From the NCBI GenBank assembly GCA_021204825.1, contig JAJPYR010000052.1:550-64549 (forward strand): 64,000 nucleotides of DNA. Reading direction: 5' to 3'. The position numbers and the translations under genes are program-made. The notes beneath the pieces are model-generated. The model was not told the origin of the DNA. It saw nothing but the letters and a program-made list of their open reading frames with translations, and ran no database searches. Shown piece after piece: positions 9,552 through 18,752 of the stretch. Position 1 is the stretch's first letter. Each line of letters starts with the position of its first letter. This stretch comes from Clostridia bacterium (GTDB taxonomy: Bacteria; Bacillota; Clostridia; Christensenellales; Borkfalkiaceae).

Positions 9552-9938
9552 ATGGCAGGCAAGACGAGCAAGTCTTCAGAGAACTATCTGGAATGCATAC
9601 TGCTTCTGTCCGGGGAATCTGAGATGGTGCACAGAGTGGATGTGGCGAGACGCATGAAAGTGTCCCAGCCGGCAATCCAGAAAGCGGTGCATGTGCTGGA
9701 GGATGAAGGATACGTGGAGTGTGAGGGGATGCATATCTTTCTCACGCCCAGAGGACAGGAGTATGCCGCGTACGTGTACAACAGGCACTGCATTATCCGC
9801 GAGTTCCTTGAAGCCCACGGCGTGAACTTCAGCGATGCCAACGATGACGCCTGTGAGATGGAACACATAGTGAGCGATGCCACCTTTGAGATGATGGAGA
9901 CATACGTCAACGCCCTGCACGGCAGAAAGAAAGAGTAA
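9552..9938 (+). CDS. DtxR/MntR-family metal-dependent transcriptional repressor
   Basis: SENYLECILLLSGE...VARRMKVSQPAIQKAVHVLEDEGYV wHTH, followed by a metal-binding/dimerisation helix region. Confidence 0.85.
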   Translation: MAGKTSKSSENYLECILLLSGESEMVHRVDVARRMKVSQPAIQKAVHVLEDEGYVECEGMHIFLTPRGQEYAAYVYNRHCIIREFLEAHGVNFSDANDDACEMEHIVSDATFEMMETYVNALHGRKKE

Positions 9939-10098
9939 CAGTAACGCAGCAAGGGGTGCGTAAGCTAAGCTTCGCACCCTGTATCATATACAGCCCACAT
10001 ACAGCGCACATGCAGCCCGCAGGGCACTGCAGCTCACAGTGCACTCCAGCCCGGCCGCCCAAGCGGCCGCACCCGGCCCCGGAAGGCCTCATATGCAT

Positions 10099-10974
10099 AT
10101 GAAGACAATAGGCTTCGCCATACTTACATGGAACTCCGTCAACTGCATAAAGGACTGCCTGGACGCCATCCTGAAACTGGATGACACAGGGCTCGTGGCG
10201 TGTGAGATCTCCGTTTTTGACAACGGCTCCGCAGACGGCACCGCAGACTGCCTGCGCTCCCTGGCGTCTCCCAAGATCCGTGCGGCATACTGCGACAGGA
10301 ACATAGGCACCACAAAGGGGCGCAACCTTGCCGCGCAGCAGCTTCCGGATTGTGATTACATCTGCTTCCTGGACTCGGACGCATACATCATGGACCAGGA
10401 CGGTATTCTTTCCGCGCTGGACTACCTGGACACCCATCCGGATGCGGGCATTATCGGACCCGCCCTCGTGAGCGGGGACGGCTCCATACAGCCCTCCGCA
10501 CGCAACATACCGTTACGCCGCGAGAAGTTCCTCAAAGTTATGCCCTTCAAATCTGCGCAGCGCAGGGCGGAGGCCATGGAACACGTCTCATATGATGACT
10601 CTCCGGACATCTTCCCTGTGGGCTACCTCATGTCTGCGTGCATTATAATGAAGTCTGAGACATACAAGGCCATAGGCCCCTGGGACGAGAAGATCTTCTA
10701 CGCCCCGGAGGACGTGGATTACTGTGTCCGCGCCTGGAAGAACGGATTCAAGGTCATATACTGCAGAACCTGGCTTGTCATGCACGAGTGGCAGCGGATC
10801 TCCCGCAAAAAGCTTGTCTCCAGACACAACTTCTCCCACATAAAAGGCCTTATGTACTTCTACCGCAAGCACAAGCATCTCAACAGGCTCCGCGCCTATA
10901 TCCAGGCAGAGTATGATGCCGCCTGCTTCGTCCCTGCCTCTGAGCCTGAAACGGAGCCGCAGGATACGGAATAG
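10099..10974 (+). CDS. GT2-family glycosyltransferase
   Basis: Start MKTIGFAILTWNS. DNGSADGT and LDSDAY (DxD) motifs. The upstream 20 aa of the track ORF are rejected. Confidence 0.8.
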   Translation: MKTIGFAILTWNSVNCIKDCLDAILKLDDTGLVACEISVFDNGSADGTADCLRSLASPKIRAAYCDRNIGTTKGRNLAAQQLPDCDYICFLDSDAYIMDQDGILSALDYLDTHPDAGIIGPALVSGDGSIQPSARNIPLRREKFLKVMPFKSAQRRAEAMEHVSYDDSPDIFPVGYLMSACIIMKSETYKAIGPWDEKIFYAPEDVDYCVRAWKNGFKVIYCRTWLVMHEWQRISRKKLVSRHNFSHIKGLMYFYRKHKHLNRLRAYIQAEYDAACFVPASEPETEPQDTE

Positions 10975-11010
10975 CACACTTATACGCTCTTTAAGCGGTT
11001 TTGCAACAGT

Positions 11011-11886
11011 ATGAAAGAGATAGACTCGGAAGAGCTTAAAAGAATAGAAGTGGACCTTCTGTCCGCCGTGGATGCCATCTGCAGGCAGAACGGATACAAG
11101 TATTCCCTGTACGCAGGAACCCTCATAGGCGCAGTGCGCCACCAGGGCTTCATCCCGTGGGATGATGACGTGGACATAGTCTTAACCCGCCCGGACTATG
11201 ACGCCTTCATAGACTACTGCATGAACAACGAAGTTCCCTTCAACCTTGTATGCAGCCGGACGGAGCCCAATTACGGCTATCTTTTCGCCAAGGTCTGCGC
11301 AAAGAACACGATAATACAGGACAATGTCATAGACATAGACGGCGTTGACCTGGGGGTCTACATAGACCTCTGGCCCCTGGACGGCTTAGGCGACACCCGC
11401 AAGAAGGCCGTAAAGACATACCGCTCCACGCTCTTCAAGCGTGAGCTCCTCGTTGCCGCCAACTGGCGCGGTTTCCACAGGTCCAAAACAAGGCCCTGGT
11501 ACGTGGAGCCTGTACGCCTTGCGTTCTATATAATGAGCCGTTTCTGCTCCAGACAGAAGCTTATAGCATCCCTGGAAAAGAAGTTCCGCAAGACCCCGTA
11601 TGACACATCCGAGTATGACGGCGTAATCATAGGCTCATACCTGGAGAAAGAGATCTTCCGCAAGGGAGAGATGCTTGACGAAGTCATCCCCGCCAAATTC
11701 GAGGACCGTGAGTTCTTCATAACGGCCAACTACGACTCCATTCTCACGCAGGTGTACGGGGATTACATGCAGCTTCCCCCTGAGGCCAAGCAGGTCTCAC
11801 GGCATTCATTTAAAGCCTATTACACGGACACAGAAGCCTCTGAAGAGCCTTCCGCAGAAGGGGAGGCAGAACTCTCCAAGGGCTGA
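11011..11886 (+). CDS. licD: LicD-family phosphotransferase (phosphocholine/ribitol-P type)
   Basis: LYAGTLIGAVRHQGFIPWDDDVDIVL is the hallmark LicD motif. Confidence 0.85.
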   Translation: MKEIDSEELKRIEVDLLSAVDAICRQNGYKYSLYAGTLIGAVRHQGFIPWDDDVDIVLTRPDYDAFIDYCMNNEVPFNLVCSRTEPNYGYLFAKVCAKNTIIQDNVIDIDGVDLGVYIDLWPLDGLGDTRKKAVKTYRSTLFKRELLVAANWRGFHRSKTRPWYVEPVRLAFYIMSRFCSRQKLIASLEKKFRKTPYDTSEYDGVIIGSYLEKEIFRKGEMLDEVIPAKFEDREFFITANYDSILTQVYGDYMQLPPEAKQVSRHSFKAYYTDTEASEEPSAEGEAELSKG

Positions 11887-11977
11887 AAGAGCCCCGCATA
11901 TTCCAAATACAAGCATAAAAAGCGGCCTCCGCAAAAGGGGACCGCTTTATTGGGTGCGTCAGTGCTGGAATGCTGGA

Positions 11978-12817
11978 TTAGAATACAGCCACAACAGCTC
12001 CGCCGTAGGTGTTGGTGATGTATGTCCTTACATCATCTGAAAGAACGGCATCCACGAGGGCCTGGATCTTGTCGCTGTCCTTGTTGTCCGGACGTGCTGC
12101 GATAACGTTGACGTAATCGGTTACGTGCTCATCCGTTGCCTTTTCTGTGGCAAGAACCTGGTATTTGTCCGCAAGGCTATACTGGAGAGCATAGTTGCCG
12201 TTTACGATAGAAATGGTTGCATCTTCAATATTGGTGGCGCAGTACTGAGCCCCGACTTCCGTAATGGTAAAGTCATAGGATGACGAATCAATGTCTTCCT
12301 TTGTCAAGGCGGTCAAATCGGAATTCTCTTTGATTGTAATGAGTCCTTCTGCCTGGAGAAGAAGCAATGCTCTGGCCTCGTTCGTTCCATCGTTGGGAAC
12401 GAGGACAACATCCCCTGACTTCAGATCGTCAAGGCCGGTGTAGGAGCCATACTTTCCGCCTGAGTAGATGGAGAACGGCTCATAGTGCACCTGAGCGACA
12501 GCCACAAGGTCATAATTCCATTCTTCATTGAACCAGTTGAGGTACTGGTTGTGCTGGAAGTAGTTGGCATCCAGAGAGCCGTCATAAAGAAGTTCATTGG
12601 GCGTCACATAGTCATCTATGACTTTTACTTTCAGCTTGTAGCCTTCTTCCTTAAGAATGGGCTTCACAACATTCTCAAGTATCTCAGCATGGGGAGTGGA
12701 TGATGCGCCTACTGTGATGGTGTATTCGCTGTTTCCGCAGGCGGAGAATGCGAGTGTGCCGCACACGGCGGCAGCTGCTACTGTTAAAATGGCAAGTGCC
12801 TTGAATACTTTTTTCAT
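11978..12817 (-). CDS. metQ: Methionine ABC transporter substrate-binding lipoprotein (MetQ/NlpA family)
   Basis: Lipobox LAFSAC. VGASSTPHAEILE...DANYFQHNQYL is typical of NlpA/MetQ. Confidence 0.9.
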   Translation of the reverse strand: MKKVFKALAILTVAAAAVCGTLAFSACGNSEYTITVGASSTPHAEILENVVKPILKEEGYKLKVKVIDDYVTPNELLYDGSLDANYFQHNQYLNWFNEEWNYDLVAVAQVHYEPFSIYSGGKYGSYTGLDDLKSGDVVLVPNDGTNEARALLLLQAEGLITIKENSDLTALTKEDIDSSSYDFTITEVGAQYCATNIEDATISIVNGNYALQYSLADKYQVLATEKATDEHVTDYVNVIAARPDNKDSDKIQALVDAVLSDDVRTYITNTYGGAVVAVF

Positions 12818-12879
12818 AATCTATCTCCTTATTTATAACAAATCTATGCGTATATGTTGATGTTTCGGGCCTGCCCATA

Positions 12880-13572
12880 TTATTTGGCCATGCCTTTGCT
12901 GCGTCTGTCACGCTTCTTCGCAAGCCACAGGCCGAGCTCCTGGAAGACCTGCACGATGATAACTATGAACACCACGGTCACAATCATTACTGTCGTGTTG
13001 TTTCTGTAGTAGCCGTACGTCAAAGCTATCGTGCCAAGTCCGCCGCCCCCGCAGAAGCCTGCCATTGCGGAGTAGCCTATGATTGTCACAAGGGCAACCG
13101 CTGCATTTGAGATGAGGGACGGTACTGCCTCAGGGAGCAAGGTCTTCCACATTGTTTTGAAAGGTGAAGCACCGCATGCAAGGGAGGCTTCTATGAGACC
13201 GGAGTCAACTTCTTTCAGAGATGTCTCTGTAAGCCTCGCTATAAACGGCGCAGCCGCTATAGTCAGCGGCACGGTCACTGACTGCCACCCAAGGGCCGTG
13301 CCCAGAATTGCCCTCGTAAACGGCATTACAAGCACAAGCAGGATGAGGAACGGGATGCTTCGCAGGATGTTCACTATGACGCCCACAATCTTGTTGAGCC
13401 ATATGCAGGGTTTCAGGCCTCCCTTGTCCGTTACGGCAAGCAGCACACCGAGGGGAATGCCTATGACGTGGGCTATTATTGTTGAGATGACGGTCATCCC
13501 TAATGTCTCCAGGATGCCCCATCCGATTTCGCCCCATATGTAACTGGTTATCTCCAACATTCCTGTTATCAT
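12880..13572 (-). CDS. metI: Methionine ABC transporter permease
   Basis: 230-aa polytopic protein with an EAA-like loop (LIEASLACGASPFKTMW). Overlaps the metN stop by 4 nt. Confidence 0.9.
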   Translation of the reverse strand: MITGMLEITSYIWGEIGWGILETLGMTVISTIIAHVIGIPLGVLLAVTDKGGLKPCIWLNKIVGVIVNILRSIPFLILLVLVMPFTRAILGTALGWQSVTVPLTIAAAPFIARLTETSLKEVDSGLIEASLACGASPFKTMWKTLLPEAVPSLISNAAVALVTIIGYSAMAGFCGGGGLGTIALTYGYYRNNTTVMIVTVVFIVIIVQVFQELGLWLAKKRDRRSKGMAK

Positions 13573-14486
13573 AATGACGCTCCTTCGTATGCAAGCAGTC
13601 TCTTTGCGGCTCTTGACTGCGGGTTCGTGAAAACTTCTTCAAGTGTGCCCCTCTCCATAATCTGGCCATCCTCTATGACGGCTATTCTGTTGCAGAGGGA
13701 GCGAACGATGTTGAGCTGGTGGGAAACCACGAAGATGGAAAGGTTGCGGGTCTTGTTGATGTGGAGAAGAAGCTCTACTATCTGCTGTGCTGTCTCAGGG
13801 TCCAGGGCTGAGGTGGCCTCATCGCAGATGAGAAGCTCCGGGTCCAAAGCAAGTGCGCGGGCTATTGCCACACGCTGCTTCTGTCCGCCGGAAAGCTGTG
13901 AGGGGTAGGACTTGAGTTTGTCCCCGAGCTTGACTTCCTCCAAAAGGCTTGTGGCCTTTGCGATGGCTTCATCCTTCTTGACGCCGGCGGCCTCCAGAGG
14001 ATACATGACGTTCTTTAAGGTGTTGCGCTGCTGCAGCAGGTTGAAGTTCTGGAATATCATGCCTATCTTTCCGCGGGCCGCATACAGCTCCTTGCCCTTG
14101 AGCTTCAGGATGTCCCTTCCGCAGAAGAGCACTTCGCCGCTGTCCGGACGCTCCAAAACGTTGACGCACCTTGCAAGCGTGGATTTTCCGGCTCCGGAGA
14201 AGCCTATGACTCCCAGTATCTCGCCGTACCTTATGTCCAGGTTGATGTCCTGCAGCGCGTTAACGGTGCCCTCTTTGGACTTGAAAGTCTTGTTCACGTG
14301 CTTTATGCGCACCACATACTTGGAATCATCTTCATCCTGCTCTTTCGCCAAACCGGCTGCCGGCTCCAGGGCGGCACTGTCTGTGCTTTGCGTATCTTCT
14401 GCGGACGTACAGGCTTCTGCTGCATTCGTATCTTCCAGGGATTCAGTTGTCTCCGGGGCATCCTGCTCCAGCCTTTCTTCTTCCAT
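13569..14486 (-). CDS. metN: Methionine ABC transporter ATPase with ~55-aa acidic N-terminal extension, no obvious NIL domain
   Basis: Walker A GFSGAGKST, signature LSGGQKQRVAIARAL, Walker B LLICDEATSALD. Confidence 0.9.
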   Translation of the reverse strand: MEEERLEQDAPETTESLEDTNAAEACTSAEDTQSTDSAALEPAAGLAKEQDEDDSKYVVRIKHVNKTFKSKEGTVNALQDINLDIRYGEILGVIGFSGAGKSTLARCVNVLERPDSGEVLFCGRDILKLKGKELYAARGKIGMIFQNFNLLQQRNTLKNVMYPLEAAGVKKDEAIAKATSLLEEVKLGDKLKSYPSQLSGGQKQRVAIARALALDPELLICDEATSALDPETAQQIVELLLHINKTRNLSIFVVSHQLNIVRSLCNRIAVIEDGQIMERGTLEEVFTNPQSRAAKRLLAYEGASL

Positions 14487-14666
14487 GAATGGTCTCCTTA
14501 ACGGATGAATAATATGTCTGCGCGCTTTGGCGCAGGATCTTATCTAAATGTAGTGTACCAGGCGTCAGGTGCACATTCGGAACACTGCAGACGGATTCAT
14601 CATAACCCTCCCCATTGAAAAAGCCCGTGGCTCACTGCGCACGGACTTCGTATAAAGACGAGGGCA

Positions 14667-14697
14667 TTATAAAAGCCTGTGCGCATTCACACAGGCT
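14667..14697 (-). terminator. Leader (attenuator) terminator upstream of metN
   Basis: Minus strand AGCCTGTG-TGAATGCG-CACAGGCT followed by TTTTAT, about 150 nt downstream of the promoter and about 180 nt upstream of the metN ATG. Confidence 0.6.
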
Positions 14698-14826
14698 CTG
14701 CTTGCTCAATTCAATCAACATGCGAAGACTGTGTGCCGGATTAACATTCGCCACACATGCCCATAATGCTGGAGTTGTAGTAACTGCTTGTACGCATAAA
14801 GTCTTCCTCGCTTGCTTTGTGTCTAG

Positions 14827-14856
14827 AATATAGCAGACCTTAAAACCGATTGTCAA
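14827..14856 (-). promoter_or_regulatory. Sigma-70-type promoter of metNIQ leader
   Basis: Minus strand TTGACA (14851-14856), 18 nt, TATATT (14827-14832). Confidence 0.6.
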
Positions 14857-15469
14857 CGATTTTAAGGGCACTTCGCCAAATTTCCTTCAGCAAATTTCAA
14901 TCTCCGCAAATTCTGCAATCTGCAGAAATTATGCCACATAGTGATGCATATCTCCTGTCGTGTGCCTGCAAATGCCAGATTCTAATGCCATACAAAAAGT
15001 TAAGACGGCAGAAGCCAGGGCATTACACTGCCCTCTCTTAGCTGTACGATAGCGTGTGAAGGGAGGGGAGGAAGTCGCCAAGCGGCAGACGAGGGCTACG
15101 GCTTCCCTTGTGGCTTACTGTATGATATAACAAACGTATCTGTCCGCACATCATTCTGTACTGCAGAACATAAGCAGCTGCCTTGCAGGATGACGTGATT
15201 CATGGGAGATGATTTTATACGGGTTTGAATCAGATATCAGGTAACAGTCAGACATGTAAAACCATATAGAAGTTATATTTTATATTTTTATTTCAGTATT
15301 TTGCCAGAAAATTACATAAATTGACTTTAAAAACTTGATTTAAACCCTTTTATATTTGAAAGCAACGGGTCACATCCGGCAGACTGGCCACATAGCTGGT
15401 CTCATGCTCAAATGAATCCCACACGGAAGGTATGGGAGAGCGGATTTCCTTCGCAGGGCCTGCAAACGC

Positions 15470-15499
15470 TTGCAGGACAGGGCCTGCCCGTGGTATAAT
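15470..15499 (+). promoter_or_regulatory. Promoter of ruvX fusion gene (apparently leaderless)
   Basis: TTGCAG, 18 nt, extended -10 TGgTATAAT (15494-15499). The ATG lies 6 nt after the -10 and there is no SD. Confidence 0.5.
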
Positions 15500-15505
15500 C
15501 CGGGT

Positions 15506-16324
15506 ATGGAAAGATATGTGGCTTTTGACATCGGGGACAGAAGGATAGGCGTGGCCATATCGGACCCTGGCAACACATATGCCCTGCCGTCCGAGACATA
15601 CAACCGCAAGGGATTCAGGGATGACGTTGCGGCTGTGGCCCAAATAGCGCAGGAAAAGGGCGCCACCTGTGTGGTCTGCGGGCTGCCGGTCAACTTTGAC
15701 GGATCCGAGTCCGTGCAGACGGAGAGGGCCAGAGGCTTTATCCTGGAGCTGGAGAAGCAGCTTAAGGTTCCGGTTGTCTGTGTGGATGAGAGGTTCACCA
15801 CTGTCATGGCGGATGACACCTTAAAGAGCGAGGGCATGAGGGGCGAGAAGCGCAAAAAGTACGTTGATGCCCTGGCGGCTGCCAACATCCTGGACGGGTA
15901 TCTTTCCAGACTGCAGGCACAGAAAAAGAGTGAGGAGACAGATATGAACGAGGATATGGATGACGAGACGGATGATGACGAAGAGTATGAGGAAGGCATC
16001 ATAGAGCTCATAGATGACCAGGGCGAGACCGTGAAGTTCACGCAGATAGGGACTATGGAGTACAAGGACGTGCCCTATGTGTTCCTTGTTCTTGCAGAGC
16101 CTAAGGAAGGGTACTCGGATGAGGACATCTTCGTGTTCAGATATGAGCAGAGGCTTTTAAAGCCCGGCGAGGACGGCTACGTTGAAGGCGAGGACAACAT
16201 CGCCGGAATGCTGTATCCCATAGAGGACGAGGCCCTCATGGAAGAGGTCTTCGAGGCTTTCCAGAACGAGACGGACGATGAAGACGAGGACGAGGATGAC
16301 GATGAGGGAGACATACCCCTCTGA
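15506..16324 (+). CDS. ruvX: RuvX/YqgF Holliday-junction-resolvase-like nuclease fused to DUF1292-like domain and poly-acidic tail
   Basis: N-terminus MERYVAFDIGDRRIGVAISD...DERFTT (YqgF). After an acidic linker, IELIDDQGETVKFTQIGTMEYKDVPYVFLV...LYPIEDEALMEEVFEAF resembles DUF1292 (YrzB-like), which is normally a separate downstream gene. Confidence 0.8.
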   Translation: MERYVAFDIGDRRIGVAISDPGNTYALPSETYNRKGFRDDVAAVAQIAQEKGATCVVCGLPVNFDGSESVQTERARGFILELEKQLKVPVVCVDERFTTVMADDTLKSEGMRGEKRKKYVDALAAANILDGYLSRLQAQKKSEETDMNEDMDDETDDDEEYEEGIIELIDDQGETVKFTQIGTMEYKDVPYVFLVLAEPKEGYSDEDIFVFRYEQRLLKPGEDGYVEGEDNIAGMLYPIEDEALMEEVFEAFQNETDDEDEDEDDDEGDIPL

Positions 16325-16499
16325 TTAAAAACAGGGGCTCATATATGCCCCATTCAAAGCGCACAAGGCTCCTGTTTTGGCGCTGCATGCAAAAAAATCT
16401 GAGACAACAAAAAGGCCCGTACAGACAGCTGTGCGGGTCTTTATGTTTCGGGAGAATCCGGTGATATATCTCACGCCACAAGAGGCGTGAAAGGGTGGG

Positions 16500-16913
16500 T
16501 TAGTCGATTGTTATCTGATGCGATGTGTCTGCCTTGGGTGCGGCCTTGGGAACCTCAAGGGACAGGATGCCGTTATTATACCTTGCCTTGATGTCCTTCT
16601 CTGAGATGTCTGTGCCTACGTAGTAGCTGCGCTGGCAGGACTCGCTTATCTCTCTGCGGATGTAGTGCTTGTCCTTGGACTCTTCCTTGGTCTCCTTCTT
16701 AGCGGAGACGGTGAGGTACCCGCTCTCAAGGGATATCCTGATCTGGTCCTTGTCATAGCCGGGCATTTCCAGCTCCAGCTCGTAAGAGTTCTCGCCCTCT
16801 TTGATGTTGGTTCTCAGTGCGTTGGGCTCATCGTAGAAAGCAGGCATGAAGAAGTCATCAAACGCATCGAACAGATCGTAGGGTGTGGTTTTCTTCTGAA
16901 GTGAGTTTTTCAT
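16500..16913 (-). CDS. Hsp20/alpha-crystallin small heat-shock protein
   Basis: TNIKEGENSYELELEMPGYDKDQIRISLESGYLTVSAKK...YNNGILSLEVPK. Confidence 0.9.
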   Translation of the reverse strand: MKNSLQKKTTPYDLFDAFDDFFMPAFYDEPNALRTNIKEGENSYELELEMPGYDKDQIRISLESGYLTVSAKKETKEESKDKHYIRREISESCQRSYYVGTDISEKDIKARYNNGILSLEVPKAAPKADTSHQITID

Positions 16914-17044
16914 AATCTGATCTCCTTAACGTTTATTGCGGATCTGCAAGCTGCTTGTGTGCTTTCATTCTTATCCGTTCATAATACTATATAAAGCAAA
17001 AATCCGGCGATTAAACAAGATTGCGGAAATTTTCACACAATCTT

Positions 17045-17076
17045 AACAAAACCCCTCATCCAACCGGGTGAGGGGT
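17045..17076 (-). terminator. Intrinsic terminator after kdgK
   Basis: CCCCTCA/TGAGGGG hairpin (17052-17075). On the minus strand it is followed by TTTTGTTAAG. Confidence 0.6.
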
Positions 17077-17147
17077 CTGAATTCTGCTGTTTTGCTGCCG
17101 CGGACTGCTCCCTAAGTCCTGCAGCAGGCGCATTTTCGCAGGATGCG

Positions 17148-18194
17148 TCATCTCTTGATGTCGTAGTTCTGGTTCATAAGGGTCTTTATGGACTCTTCAT
17201 CGTCCGTTATGTTGAAGTCACCGTGCATCGTATGCTTGATGACGGAGGATGCCACGGCGAAGTTCACGAGGGTGTCCGGGTCCATCTCACGCATCATGCC
17301 GAAGATCATGCCGCTGGCGAACGCATCCCCGCCGCCCACGCGGTCCAGGATGGAGAAGCGGAACAGGTTGCTCTCAAAGGTCTCCCCATTGTACCACATG
17401 AATGCCTTAAGGGAGTTCTCGCTGCCGCTGTGGACGTATCTCAAATGCCTGCCTATGGCCTTGAAGTTGTAGCGGTTGTGAAGCTCGCGGAATATCCTGT
17501 CCTGCTCCTTGTAGGAAGGGTACGGGGGCAGGGCGTCCTTCATATCCACGCCGTTCTCGTCCCTTAGGTTGAGGGGCTCTATGCCGAACAGCACATCTAT
17601 GTACGGCAGGTATGTGGTTATGCAGTCCCTGGCTTCCTGCCATCCCCACAGCGCAGACCTGAAGTTGCAGTCAAAGGACACGGTAAGACCTAAGTCCTTT
17701 GCTGCCTTCAGGGCGTACATTGTGAGGTCTCTGCAGTTCTGCGACAGCGCCGGCGTGATGCCGGACATGTGCAGCCAGGTGAAGCCCTTGAGAATCTTCT
17801 CAAAGTCCACCTGCGAGTAGTCATACCTTGAGAACGCGGACCCCTTGCGGTCATAGAACACCTTCGAGGACCTTACGCCGAAGCCTTCCTCGAGGTAGTA
17901 TATTCCAAGCCTGCCGCCCTGTGCATAGATGCAGGGGGAGCAGTGCACGTCATTGGATCTCAAATATCTTATGGCGGCCTTTCCGAGCGCCGTGTCCGGC
18001 ACTACAGAGAAGAATGTGGCATCCACGCCAAGGTTTGCAAGCGCTGCAGCCACATTGGCTTCTGCGCCTCCGTATGTTATGCCGAACGTTGTGGCGTTCT
18101 TAAGCTTTTCATAGTTGGGGGGCGTAAGCCTCATCATGACCTCGCCCATAGTTATGAACCTGTTTCCGGCCAGGCTCTTTTCCTGCTGTTCCAT
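17148..18194 (-). CDS. kdgK: 2-dehydro-3-deoxygluconokinase (PfkB family)
   Basis: Start MEQQEKS with SD AAGGAG 7 nt upstream. YGGAEANVAAALANLG and GGGDAFASGMIFG motifs. Confidence 0.8.
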   Translation of the reverse strand: MEQQEKSLAGNRFITMGEVMMRLTPPNYEKLKNATTFGITYGGAEANVAAALANLGVDATFFSVVPDTALGKAAIRYLRSNDVHCSPCIYAQGGRLGIYYLEEGFGVRSSKVFYDRKGSAFSRYDYSQVDFEKILKGFTWLHMSGITPALSQNCRDLTMYALKAAKDLGLTVSFDCNFRSALWGWQEARDCITTYLPYIDVLFGIEPLNLRDENGVDMKDALPPYPSYKEQDRIFRELHNRYNFKAIGRHLRYVHSGSENSLKAFMWYNGETFESNLFRFSILDRVGGGDAFASGMIFGMMREMDPDTLVNFAVASSVIKHTMHGDFNITDDEESIKTLMNQNYDIKR

Positions 18195-18382
18195 TCTGTC
18201 TCTCCTTGAGAAGTCTGTGCGACACTGTTTTTCCTGCGGGCAAATCTCTTTGCTCAATCATTATACTACACCCGTCTCATTTTGTACAGGGGGCAAATCT
18301 TTTAGCTGTAATTGAAAAGAAGGGGTAACTTAACAAAATAGAGATTTTTACGATAATAAATGCAAATACTGTTCGTTTTTAA

Positions 18383-18411
18383 TTGACATTATAATAATTT
18401 CCGTCTAAAAT
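18383..18411 (+). promoter_or_regulatory. Promoter of XRE/ImmA operon
   Basis: TTGACA (18383-18388), 17 nt, TAAAAT (18406-18411). Followed by a GGAGG SD and the ATG at 18435. Confidence 0.6.
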
Positions 18412-18434
18412 AGGTATCGGAATGGAGGTATATC

Positions 18435-18749
18435 ATGACGGAGGATAGTTTAGGGGGGAGAATGACCGCCTTGTTGAATAGTCAGAACATGACTCAAAAG
18501 GAGCTTGCAGAAAAGGCGGGGATAACAGAGGCCGCAATATCGCATTATATCAAAGGGGATCGTTATCCAAGGTCGTATGTTTTATCAAGGATAGCAGCAG
18601 TTTTAAACACCACAACGGACTATTTAATCGGGGCCACAGGAGAGAATGATGAAATTGCCAATGCTAAAACGTTGCTTGCAAGAAACGCTTCAACAATGAC
18701 AATGCGTCAGAAAAAAGAGATAATGGATATTTTGTTTCCGGATGATTAG
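18435..18749 (+). CDS. XRE-family HTH transcriptional regulator
   Basis: LNSQNMTQKELAEKAGITEAAISHYIKGDRYPRSYVLSRIAAVLNTTTDYLIG (Cro/C1 HTH). Confidence 0.9.
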   Translation: MTEDSLGGRMTALLNSQNMTQKELAEKAGITEAAISHYIKGDRYPRSYVLSRIAAVLNTTTDYLIGATGENDEIANAKTLLARNASTMTMRQKKEIMDILFPDD

Positions 18750-18752
18750 TGG

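Noticed and set aside
14487-14830. SAM-I (S-box) riboswitch or Met-specific T-box in the metN leader.
   Set aside because: I could not find the GAGGGA/GCAACC S-box core or the T-box 14-mer. Only a weak TGGTAC fragment is present. It is reported as an unclassified leader instead.
14870-15470. ~600-bp gene-less region between the metN promoter and ruvX, including an AT-rich stretch (about 15230-15350) and a near-palindrome GCAAATTCTGCA-ATC-TGCAGAAATT (about 14905-14930). Checked for tRNA, riboswitch or small genes.
   Set aside because: No tRNA cloverleaf/T-arm, no recognisable riboswitch core and no SD-preceded ORF was found. It may hold divergent regulatory sites, but nothing specific can be supported.
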